Origin: Phoronis australis
Taxonomy: Eukaryota; Animalia; Phoronida
Direction of reading: 5' to 3'
DNA: 64,000 bases
NCBI GenBank assembly: GCA_002633005.1
Contig: NMRA01000004.1
Coordinates: 1,595,144 to 1,659,143 of the forward strand
Within the stretch, counting starts at the first letter, position 1, and every line of letters starts with the position of its first letter. The notes beneath the pieces are model-generated. The model was not told the DNA's origin and made no database searches. It saw only the letters and a program-made list of their open reading frames with translations. The translations under genes and the position numbers were made by a program. Shown here one piece after another: positions 1-11,889 of the stretch.

Positions 1-255
1 GGGGGGGGCTCGGGGGGCTTTTTAGAGAAAAAAAGTCCGAGGAAACGAGACAAAAGTCCAAAGGAATTAGTCGCGAATGCACAATGCACGGGGTTGAACC
101 TAGTACCCCGTTTTTTTAGTACTCGTCTTCTTGTTCCAGCAAAAGTCCATATGACCGCGAAATTCGAGCCCCTGCCTCTATAATATTTTTAGGTTTGGTA
201 AGCGCATGCGATCCTTTACCTTGCCCCCCAAGTCAAAATTCTGGATCCGCCCCCG
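1..255. mobile_element. Partial MITE related to family X (cut by the window edge)
   Basis: Shares GGCTCGGGGGGCT, TGAACCTAGTAC and AAATTCGAGCCCC with 47456-47677; ends CTGGATCCGCCCCCG. Confidence 0.6.
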
Positions 256-1390
256 AAACCGTTGAATAAAGACGGGACGGGTTTTCATGGACGTGAGGTC
301 ATGTTTTCATGGGCTAAAAATTCTTCACATTAAATTTAGACCCTGTGAAAAACCAGCCGGAGTCATTTTTCATGGGTCATTATTTAATGCTACATGTACA
401 CCGGCTCGGCTTCAGTGAGAAATTCTGTATTTTGGGTGTAGGTCGGATGCGCAATTCAGTCGTACTGGTTTGATATTTTGATTACTATGTACTTTACTTT
501 TTGTGCAAGTTTTGAGTCACAAAACAGAGCTCGTTAGCAAGCAGTGCAAATCTACAAAATTTCCAATATCAACTTTAACATAAGTACAGATCTTGAAGGG
601 TTATGTTTGTTTTAATAAAACAGAAGAAATCTGATTTTTTAATACTTATTAAGAAACGAGTATTTAAAGCAGTATATATTTCATCAGAGAATAAATTATT
701 CACTTACATGTAGATGTACTTCTTTGATGGCTGGCGAGCAGGTTCGTGATGTTATTTTCAGAACAAGTAAAAATACATATACATATGATTGTGATTAATA
801 CCAAATATTTACTTAAGTACAATTAACAAACAGCATCATCATTGGATAAAAGCATATGCTGGTCAATAACTATCTTTTAATTGATCTTATATAGTCTCAA
901 TCACCAAGACTGACGTGGAAACAACGCATAATCGCTCCGCTTAAACTACGGTGGCAGAACATTAAAAACCAAGTGTCAGCACCTCTAAACTCCATGGCCG
1001 AACCAAAAAACCCATGACACAAAGGCAGGCCCAAAAGATTTAACTCTTTGGCTGCAAGCAAAACTCTGTGAGCCCCCGGATTTTCTGATTGATGCTGTAG
1101 GGCTCCAAGTGTTTTCTGCAATTTTTGTCCTGTGTAACACTCTCCAATATGGCGTCATATTGACAACGCGAGCAGGTCCATACTATTTAGTTGTAAAGAA
1201 ACTTTAGGTCGACGATATGGCGATGGACTTGAATACACAAGTGGTCTGCACTAATTTAGCGGACGAACACTCACTCCCCTTGCCCTCTACACAACATTGG
1301 AAATATCACTTTTCTCAGTACCAAACATCCGCTTGGTACAATCAAACGCCGAACTAAAATCTCTGGAGCTCAACAAACTTTTTTCAATCC

Positions 1391-1490
1391 TAGGCCCTGG
1401 ACGTATGGTACAGGAGGTAGGCCCCGGACCGTAGGGTACAGGGGGTAGGCCTTGGACCGTAGGGTACAGGGGGTAAGCCGTGGACCGTAC
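1391..1490 (+). repeat. Minisatellite, ~28-bp unit, about 3.5 copies
   Basis: Variants of TAGGCC(C/T)(C/T)GGACCGTAGGGTACAGGGGG. Confidence 0.9.
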
Positions 1491-4177
1491 ATGTAGACTT
1501 ATAAGATCACCTCTATAACCACTTTCGCTGGGCAGCTTTGTTCTGACTTTTTTGATATCACAATACATTTTATTTTACAAAGTAAAAATTGCCCATGTTT
1601 AACCTTGTGTACTTCTGTGAAATTTCACTTTTAAATCTGAATAATTATTCCGCAAATAATGGAGTAGAATAATTATATTTAAAACTGAAATTATGTATCC
1701 GTAAGGTGCGATACTGCAAACAATATTTACATAGGCTGCACCAAGTCTTATAAACGCAGTGTTTTAGTTTTTTTACATCAAAATGCAAATTTAACGAACT
1801 ATTAATGCCAACATTTTGATATTGTTATTGGAGCTGTAAGCAGAGATGTATTACCGAACTGACAATGTCGCCAGCTAAATTGATAAAACATTTACCATTC
1901 TTTTATATGTGTAACTGGAAAGCTCTTGGTTTTCCAAAAAAAAACATTAAACTTGCACAAGCAAGTGATAAAATTCAGTATTTTAATCCCAAATCTTTCA
2001 TAACTTAAGAACGTGTAACAATTCGCATTACACTGTACCATTTGTGTTACTTGTTAAACTGTGAACATTTTCAACAGTTTTACTGTTTTGTTACATTCAA
2101 TAGGCGCTGACACTTTTGATCATCCAAATTTCTTCAGACCTTAGAATGCTTGGATTCATTGCAATGTTGAGTTGACTTGTTTTAAATGAAAATGATTATC
2201 CTAAAATACAGCCACACATCTTGCTAAATAATGCTACATTAGGAGAACATAAAAATCTGATTTTTAAAAAGAATGTTCAACTTAAAATGCTGGGACTTTT
2301 CGAATATCAGATGTTTCGTGTTTATCTAGCCACATTAGTGAAATGAAGTTGCACCCCCCAACATGGTCACGGGATGACCAGGAACTACGTTCCACGGTCA
2401 ATCAATGGTTTACCAAACATAATATTGCAAAGCGCCACGTCTTACAATTCCAGGATAATAACGCCACCTTTGTGAAACACTTTTTGAAAAGAGGTTTGAA
2501 CCTTAAAGATCACTGTAAAACATGGCCCTAAATTTTCCATAATCGCTTTTTCAAAAAAGGGTTGCAACGTTAAGCCCCAGCACTCGGCATATAAATGTTG
2601 CTCAATTGATTGCCATACTTTTTGCAGGTAACACTGGAAAGGAATATTCTTGCCCAAAGTCGGGAACATCAAAGGACAAGGATATCTGTTGTACCACTAC
2701 TGTCAATGGAAGGACTACGTATGGCTGTTGTAATTTAGGTGATTTGTGAGTATCCACCGCACTACGTTGTATGTACGAAATGTCAATTCAGTCCCATCCA
2801 AAATTGTTGGGATCTGAGTGACACGTGCCGCCAAACAAAAGCTTGTGTAGGTAACTTCTTTTGTTTTGTAACTTAGGGTCATTTGAGACCTTAGGAAAAT
2901 GTCCAAATTTGCTACCTTCGGAACGTCATATCTCAGAAATGGTTCGAATCATATGAAACATTCAGACACTCTGCTTCTTGTTAGCCCGGTTCTCCAAGAC
3001 GCAGTAAGAATTTGTTTTTAAAATTTTAACCTTTTTTCTTGAGCGTATATCAATAATAGGGTCGATAATTTTAATTCAAAAACTCCGGTTACATCAAACG
3101 AAAACGAACTTTCAATTTAAAAAACTGTTTTTGAGATTTCATCTTGAACTTTAAATCCATTAAATCAAATGAAACTTGTTTACGTTATTTATGGTGTTAT
3201 TTTGCACTCAATGTTCCAATCATTCTTTCTAAATTTTACAAGGAATACATGGTCACGTGGCCCAAGTACATGTAATGGCAGACTGGAAAAGTCAAGCTCA
3301 AGTTCTATAGGCTATAGTTTCAGAAAATATATCAGAATACTTTTACTGGATTGAAGTCTTTAGTTTTGTTGGCATTTGACTAAATACATGTACACTGCAC
3401 GCAGACTTGGGCATAACGTCCCACATTGCCTTAAACATGACTGACCGTAGTTGATTACCGTACATGCACAGCCTGTACACTCCATTCGTCCCTGACTCCA
3501 TTTTTACGAAAGACGTGGCTCTAGTCGGCTGACGACTATGCTAGTTTTGCTTGAGTTTGTTAGTGTTGCTGACACACAATACGTTTGCGTGGCTCGTGTC
3601 TTGGTGAGCCATGTTGGCCATGGTTCCACTGATAATCTGTGGAGGTCTCGCATAATAATTTACAACAATCTTTAATTTTTGGATGACATAAAATTTGACT
3701 CATAGATATTGAAGTTGCCATTAACAGACACACGGGCGCAACTTTTCTGAGTGCAGACGCAGGTGCAAAGGTGGTGCCCAAAAATAATGTCTACGAACTC
3801 AACAGCCCCTGTGTGCCACCATCGCCTTTGTACATGTACCTTCCAACGGTCTAAGGAGCAGGCAGACAAATTCGAAACGTGTACTTTTCTCAGTTTTGAG
3901 ACATCACCTTTTAAGCCTATGGTGACGAAATCAAGTGTTTTTCCAGGGTCTGCACACTATGTGGTGATGCCACATTTTTGCATACGGACTCGGTTGTATT
4001 TCAAGGTTCCCTTTACCAACACGTAAAGAGTTCTTTACAGACGGGTTACGTTTCTACTTACCACCATTTTCATGAGAGCGTCAACATTACCCCGCTACAA
4101 AATTATCTATGTCGTCATCTTAGAAATGTTAAGTTACCCACATCTTTGCAAATGATTTTGTGCAATTTGTATTACAG

Positions 4178-4319
4178 GCGCTGGTACGTGTGGTTGATAA
4201 TTGGAGTTGTGGCCTTCGTCATCTTCATCGCCGTAACCTGCTGTATCTGCTGCTGTTGCAGCTGCTGCGCTTTGGCCCAACGTCGCCAAGCGCGCGGAGG
4301 ATACGTCATTGTACAATAG
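4178..4319 (+). CDS. Terminal exon of a single-pass membrane protein with a juxtamembrane Cys cluster (Shisa-like/VOPP1/WBP1/CYYR1-type architecture)
   Basis: Acceptor TTACAG|, then RWYVWLIIGVVAFVIFIAVTCCICCCCSCCALAQRRQARGGYVIVQ*. This gives a TM helix, a poly-Cys run, a basic stop-transfer and a YxxV motif. GC content is higher than the flanks. Confidence 0.72.
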
Positions 4320-4643
4320 ACGCCCATGCTGACACCATGGTCATTGGTTAAGAAGAATGTAAATTTGCTTTAGTTTTTGCGCGATGTGCTGACTTCGATC
4401 GTATTTGGTCGTACATCCGGAACACCTCGAGACATTTGCGTTATCACTGCTTTATTGTGTGAACAAAAGGACCTGGGGACTAATTTTGTACTCTAAATCT
4501 AACATGAAACTATTTTTGACATTTTCTGTTCTACACTTGTGCGAACTCAAGATAAATGCGTACTACTCTATACTCAAGTACATTATTTTTGGTCGTGATG
4601 AACCAAGACATCAACGCCATAGGTTCGAGTCTGAACTTGAAAC

Positions 4644-5981
4644 TTATTACTCTGCGCGTGTAAGCGCAGAGTACTGTTGTTCCTGGGTTTTCTTCAATTT
4701 TATTCTTATTCTTATTCTTATTCTTCTTATTCTTCTTATTACTCTGCGCGTGTAAGCGCAGAGTCTTGTTGTTCCTGGGTTTTCTTCAATTTTATTCATC
4801 TTCTTATTCTTCTTATTCTTCTTCCGATCAACTTGGAGGCTTAATAACTCCAAATTGGGTGCAGGTACGGTCTTTAAATTCAGCATATGACTTTTGACAG
4901 TATATAAATTTTGATTGGTTATATAATCATATTCCATATTGCACCGGAAGAGGTCGTTTGGTGCAAAGGACATAAAATTTTCAAAATGCTACTCCTCCTT
5001 CAGTTTTAAAGCTATCTTTTTCAAATTCGGTGCACAGGTATAAGTCAACATGACAATTTAAAAAACTACTTTCTAAGTAGTCCAATCAGGTGAAATAGGT
5101 CAAAGGTCATTAAGTGCAAACTAAAATTTTGAGCTAGACACTTCAAATTACCAGGTCTGATTGGCACAGGAAATTCAATTCGGAATCCAAAGTTTCAGGT
5201 CATTTAGTGCAAACATGGGGTCATTAGGTGCATTTTTCTTCTGAAAATTTGACCTTTTCATTCAGCAAGTATTCTGGTGTGTCAACCGTCAGACAACTGT
5301 GATTCTCAGCATTAAACATATTTTTCATGGGCTTTGCAATAATTTTCCTAAAGATGCTTAAAATGCACCGGATAAGGTCAATTAGTGCAAAGGTCAAGTA
5401 ACGTTCAAAATGTTATATCTCCTACGTTTTTCAAGGAATTCTTTTCAATTTCAGCACACTGGTGTAAGTCAACATACCAACTGAATACCCTACCTTACTT
5501 CGCAACAGGCCTAACCAATCAGAAAAAATAGGTCAAAGGTCATTGAGTGCAAACTAAAATTTTGAGCTAGAGACGTCAGAATTACGTATCTCTTTACAAA
5601 GTGTGATTGAGTTTGAATTCTAAATTTTCAGGTCATTTGGTGCACCCATGGGATCATTAGGTGCATTTTTCTTCTGAAAGTTTCACCACTTCATTCATCT
5701 TGTATTCTGAAGTGCTTAAAGTAAAACATCTGTGATTATTAGCATTAACCACACTTTTAATCGAGTTAACAATTACTCCCTCATCGGGGCTCATAATGCA
5801 CCGGAAGAGGTCAATTAGTGGAAAGGTCATCAAAAATTAATATGTAATTTCTCCTACAATTTTAAAGAATTCCTTTTCATAATGGTAAACGGGTTGCTGT
5901 CAGTAACTTCCCATAATAATTCCAGTAATACGCACGCGCAGAGTTCGTTATTGTCACGCCATGACAGTAATCTTTCTAGTT
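4644..5981 (+). mobile_element. Non-autonomous Helentron-type element (HINE/DINE-1-like)
   Basis: 5' subTIR plus inverted repeat ACTCTGCGCGTG-TA-AGCGCAGAGT, (TTATTC/TTC)n microsatellite, central tandem units of about 430 bp (TGCACCGGA at about 4940, 5364, 5797), 3' subTIR CACGCGCAGAGT (5933-5944), stem-loop TTATTGTCA-CGCCA-TGACAGTAA, CTAGTT end. Confidence 0.75.
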
Positions 5982-5984
5982 ATA

Positions 5985-7000
5985 TCTAACATTTTTGGAC
6001 CAAAGTTTTTCTTTCGTGAGATACACTGTATGTCAAAGTATCACTGAGTATTGCGTAATAGTGATTGGGGTCACAATCTAAGCTGCGGTCTAGCTTTTCC
6101 ATGATGTTGCAGTTCCGCAAGCTATTGAGAAAGTGAGTTTTTGTTTGCGGTGAGTAAGAATATTTTGAGACGAAAGTAGGGCGTTTAGGGTGGATTTTCT
6201 TTATCGATTTTGAAGCAATAAAGATAGGACAGTGGTCTGAAATCGAAGAGAGAACAATACCAGAGTGTGTACGTATGTGACCGTATGAAGTTGATGTAAA
6301 GAAATTATCTATTAAAGATGCTGATGTGGGGCTAAGACGTGTAGGGTATGTACATTGTAATTGAAGGTCTTAAATTGTGATCAGTCATAAAATCCAGGAA
6401 TGTTTGAACTTTATTATTTGTTTGTGTCTCTAGGAGATTTAAGTTATAATCTCCACCTAAAATCAGTGTTTTACGCTGATTTTGAAGGTTTTCGATGATG
6501 GGAACGAACTCTTCAATAAACACGTCAAAGGTTCTAACGAGTGAAGTGGGCGGTCTGTAAAAGTTACCGACGCAGATGATTTTGTTGTTAACAGAGATAA
6601 AAGTGAGTAGGCCTTCGAACGTAGAATAAGTATCAAGAACTTGAATATTTTTGGCAGGGAGATTTTCATTTGTGTAAGTGATAAGGCCACCGTGTGTTGA
6701 ACATAAGCCAGATGCAGTTTTGGAGTACATATTGTAACCGTCAATTTGAAAGACTGAAAGGCAGCTGGTCGTGGTGAACCATGATTCTTGTATTAAGATA
6801 ATGTCGAAAAATAGAGTGAATGTTGTGCAGGAATGATTCAAATTGAATGCATTTTGCGTTAATTGATTGAATGTTAATTGTTAACACGGTTAGACTTGAT
6901 TTATTTAGTTCAAGAAAGTTTTTAACTCCTTCTGTATCAAGAAATGGGATTTGGTAATTGGAGCCTAGGTGCAGCATTCAAGGGACTTATATGAGACAGA
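5985..7000 (-). mobile_element. Degenerate non-LTR retrotransposon (CR1/L2 group), AP-endonuclease region
   Basis: Frameshifted APE motifs INIQSIN, DIILIQESW, HGGLITY, GNFYRPP, GGDYN, LIDNFF, SDHCPIF. Confidence 0.85.
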
Positions 7001-10000
7001 AATCTAGTGCATTCTCACCTCCATAACTAGATAATAGAGGAGCAGGATCAAGAGCTGCGCCAGCAGAAATTGGCTTACGTTGGCCATACTGTAAATGGAT
7101 ATTTACATGTATTATTCTTTGATTGGTCCTAGGATATCAGTCGTCATATAAGTTCATTGAAATAGCGCACATGAAAAAATTCACAAGGGGTGGGTAAGAT
7201 AAACCGATAAAAATTTTAAACAAACTAAGACAGGCAAGATAACTGAGATACATACATGAAGCATTTAACCTTTGGAAACATTAACATGTAAAATTAAAAG
7301 TCAAATCTATGCATACATATAGATAGCAAACACTATTTGGATTAACTGTTCAGTGATAGATAAGTACCTTGAGTAGCTTCAGGCAGTCGACGGTAGCGAC
7401 CCCAGGTGGTCTACATGTATAATACTGATGAACTAACCTGATGATGGGTGAGGGTGTATCTTCATGCACAGATAGCGGGATTCAGTTTGACACTATACCC
7501 CGTGCTGGGTGTACACAAGTTAGTCTTGTGACTGAACTTAGTGTTACATGAGACCATCCTGAATGAATAGAATCTAGCTTGTGACCCAGGTCACCATAGT
7601 TGTCCTGCAGTCAGTTTGCCAGAAAGAGTTTCAACACTGTGCGTGCAGAAACAATAGGTAATGAAAGTTGGAAACACAATCGGGATGTCTGTAAATCGTT
7701 CGTGTAAGGTTTCCAGACTGCTGATCAAGCGCACCACAGGTGCCCAGTAATCATTAGCAGTACTAACTTACGTTTGCTAACACTTGATAGGCCTACGAAC
7801 ATGGCCGTTAAGGCCTAACGGGGCAAAATCAGCAAGGGGCCAGGTTCAGAGAATTACCATTTTACTTCACTGGGTTAAAAGTGAGTTAGTGGCATAGTGT
7901 GTACTCTTTAGGGTTATGGTACGTAAGAGACTCGAAAACACTGAGGATTGGTCAAACTCAATAAAGAAAATGGACATACTGTCTTGGAAAAAAACATCAG
8001 AGGCTTGTGCTGTTGGAATATAAACCACCGGGGGTGCTCATAGAATAACAGTGAATCAACGGTAAAAGTGAAGCATAACTGGTTTACTACATGTACATGT
8101 ATACTGACAGGCTGGTAGATAAATTTAAGATAAGGTGCTTTTGCCAAAAAAAAACTGACACATATCATGATTTTGAACGAAAATAAAACGGAAAATGACA
8201 GAAAAACTTGTAGTTTGACATCAAGTACAAAGAATACACTCCCGGCCCTGTTACGATTAACTTGTGATATTTTAGTATACCTTGTGAGAACTAAGTATAG
8301 CACAGAAACTTTGGGCGCATTTCGTGAACACGTGTAAAACTGGTGTGATCACATTATTGTCTTGTAGTGACATGAGGTTCTGTCAACATTTACATGATCT
8401 TGTGTTTTTTGCTAGAGTGTTGCGTCTAAGGAACGCAGCCTTAATTATGTTCGTAGTTTGTGTTCAGCGATTGATACATTAATGTAATGATGAATTTCTG
8501 TAATTATTTTTCGAGAAAGCGCACGGCGCATTAAGATTTTTGTTACGACCACTGATGAGAAGGACGCATAAAACTTCCCCCACAAGTGTTTGGACAACTC
8601 TGAATTGCGTCCTAAACAACAATGAACAGCATTCGTGCTTTGCTGCGCCGCCAAAATGTGCAAGTAGTGAATACAGCGTACCCTTTATTTTTACTTGACA
8701 CTCAGCAGAATATGGACAGAGAATTTTGAGAAATTTCATTGTACTTTGTCATTGTGTGTACATGTCTGTGTTAACATGCAATAACAAGAAATAACAGAAA
8801 TTTTTCGTGTTTCAATTTTGTGCCCATTTTCATTTGGTATTTCGCAGAACGCAGAGTGAATGCGGCACTCACGAGGCAGTATTTCTCTGTTGGCCTCACT
8901 CAATGCCTGACAACAATAAGAGTCACCATGGCGTAATTCATGAGACGAAATACTTCACATTCCATGACATGATTCTCAACATGTGACATTTATATACATG
9001 TACATGTAATTGTTGTATCACTGAGGATATTTTGGAGATGGGATTTACGGTTGGTTTTCAATGTACTAGTTTGTATTTCATGTAAAGTGGTTGTTTTGTA
9101 CCATCAAATGGTTTCAGTTTGTTTATGAGTCGGATGAGAAGCGGTTTTTGGTCTTGCAGAGAACTGACAGGTCGCTGTAGCTCTGGACCAAGTTCAGCTA
9201 ATAACTGACAGTCAATAACAAGTTCGCGTGCAGAGCAAAGACGAAATTTCAGATCTTTCCAAGCCCAGGAATTGCACCTATTTTGAGTAAGGAGCAATTT
9301 GAGATCAATTTCATAATGGTGAGGTGCCCTAAATCAAAATTCCGTACTGGTGACTGTGGATTGGTTTACATGTATATACATGGTCAAAATGATACCAAAC
9401 CCGGTTTTGGCATATTAACAGATACTAAAACCGATTTTCTCATCCAGTTGTTTGAAACAAAATAATGCTCTGTAACCCTCGACAACAATCACAAGTTTGG
9501 AGGAAAATTTGAAACTCCTTTCAAAGTCTGCTAAATGGGCATGCATGACATTCGCTTTTAACGAATTGCACGGCAACTGTGGAACAAAAGCACCCATCAC
9601 CGAAGGGACATTATATCCAGCTTTGAGATAGGGAGGATTGAGTTTCTAGTTGATTCCCGTGTTTAACTTGCAATATTGACGCCATCAGCAGGTTACTGAG
9701 CCTGGATTGGTTGAAATCACCAAAACAGGGTGTGGTATCTTTTTAAGTAAACATTGGTCCATCTACGGTGCTATTCAAACAAGATATTACATTCGAAGAG
9801 AATAAATGTAGACCCCAGGAGATTGTGAATCTGATTGTAGACTATGTCAGATAGCTGACAGATGTCTAAATCGTATATTTTGTTCCTGCTAATTTAGGTG
9901 TCGTTACTATTTTTGTTCATTACCACTGCTGCACTGGGTTCAACTGGCTAAGACGACTTCCGGCATACAGACCAATCATGTGCCTTAGCAGGTTGACGTT

Positions 10001-11441
10001 GCTGAAACAGCGCAGTCAATTACCAAATCCACTGGTACACTAGTTTTCAAAAAATCGCAAAATTTTTGTATAAGCATATTGGTAAATCATTTCGAGGCAA
10101 AATTTCTCAGATATAGTTCGAATGGTTTGCGGCTATTGTCCCTCGCGAAAATTTGTCCGGTGATCACACAAGGACATTTATTTGCAGATCTGTAGCTTAT
10201 TAAAACTAAGAAATTAAGAGCGAAATTTTACTTATTATACAAAATTCTGATAACTGTTTACTGTGCTTGGGCTTACGTTTGATTGTTAGAAAGTAAAAAT
10301 CGTGATTATTAATTTGTAGTCTGTTTTCATTTTCTTAGACTAAAGATAGTATTAATGAAATAATTATGTTTACATGGATATTCAAAAGTTCACAAGAATG
10401 TGTTTGGAAGTGGAGCCTTTTCACAATCAATTGAATTGTGGGTAGAGGCTTTGTATCCGGGTATGTGAAGTGGCCCGACAGAAGGCCAGGAACGTCAAGC
10501 GACGGCCGGTAGAGAGCAGATTTCGAGCCGGGAACAGGGTTAGACCGTGCTCGATCGAAAATCATTTGTCCACAAGGCACGCAAATTGGACCTGAAGGTT
10601 TGCGAGACTAGAATATATCACCCCGTGAGGCTTCAGACGAAGAGAACAAAAATTGTCCATATTCCATGATGATGCACAAGTTACATGTATGTTGGGTGGT
10701 AATATTGTTGAGAATGCTACGTGAGTGCATTTAAATACATCTCATACTTTTGCTAAACACTTTAAATGTGTATACCTAGTCCTGGAATGAAAAACAACGA
10801 CGACAAGAACAAATGGTCAGATTTCACGCAATTCATGTTGCAGCCAATTTCTGGTCATAATACAGAAGGAACACTACGAGATCGCACGTGTAATCAATTC
10901 CACAACTCGGCAGAACACTTGTAATGTGCAGTAGACCTACAGCTAAAAAGAATAACAGTGACGATACTTGTCATAGTTCTTAAATGATATTGTATCCCCG
11001 TTTTATGCACGAATGGAAACTGTGAAAAGGTCAGGGTTATTCGATCCTTTAATGAAAACTACATTGCAAGGCGGAGTTAAGTTATTAGAAAGGACTCATT
11101 TGTAGAATTTGACCCTATATTGTTTAACCATGAATACCCTAAACATCCACTGAAATACATGTACCGTTCATATTCTCTATGTAAACAACACTGGATAAAC
11201 GCTGGAATAATAGTTCGTTACAACACTGCAAACAATCATGCATTCTTTACTGCACGCGTATTAGAGCCCAAGTGCAGAAATCACGTGGTCAGTCAGTTGG
11301 TTCTACAACGCTATGCAAAATTTAGCCTACAGACAAAGATACGTGACTTACATGTATACGTGTGATAAATCAACTTTCGCAGCTAGTAGATCACCAAATT
11401 TTTTTTAACTTCTCACCCACTGTCCGCAGACACTTCTTAAG

Positions 11442-11505
11442 ATGGAGAATCCAGGTCCAAGGATTGCACTCCTTGCGGTTGTATTGGCGGCCACCACCAT
11501 TCAAG
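11442..11505 (+). CDS. Signal-peptide exon of a putative small membrane or secreted protein
   Basis: AAGATGG start context, peptide MENPGPRIALLAVVLAATTIQ, strong phase-1 donor AG|GTAAGC, upstream acceptor CGCAG| at about 11429. Confidence 0.6.
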
Positions 11506-11889
11506 GTAAGCAGTGTGACGAGTCTACCAATTTCGTGGAAATTGCGTTGTTGTAAATAATTTAAAATCTATTTTTCTAACATTTGGTAGGGCCTATCTTG
11601 GTCGATTTTTACAGCTTACAGGATGTCACTTCGTGGTATGGACTCTGCTTGGTCTATTTTTCTTAAATTTTTTGGCCATTATAGACGTGTTTTTGTTTAT
11701 TCATCTCTTCACTAACAGGTTCGAGCATACATCGAGGTGTTGCTGGGTCAGCCTTTCATTTCTGTTAAAATAGGACGGTGCTAAATTTTGTTCTGGTTAC
11801 ATGCATACATCAAGAAACCAAGAACAAAGTAACATGTTCCTAAGTAAAATATACAATACAATAACTGTATTGTTTAATGTGATTCAATA

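Noticed and set aside
1391-1490. CRISPR-like 28-bp repeats
   Set aside because: The units are contiguous with no unique spacers, there are no cas genes, and the context is eukaryotic.
2343-2700. Tc1-like transposase fragment (QFQDNNAT...KTWP)
   Set aside because: The resemblance to FQQDNA/WP motifs is superficial; there is no SPDLNPIE motif and no TIRs were found.
4405-4973. ORFs with hydrophobic ILILIL or RIRIRI runs
   Set aside because: These are translations of the (TTATTC)n microsatellite in the HINE.
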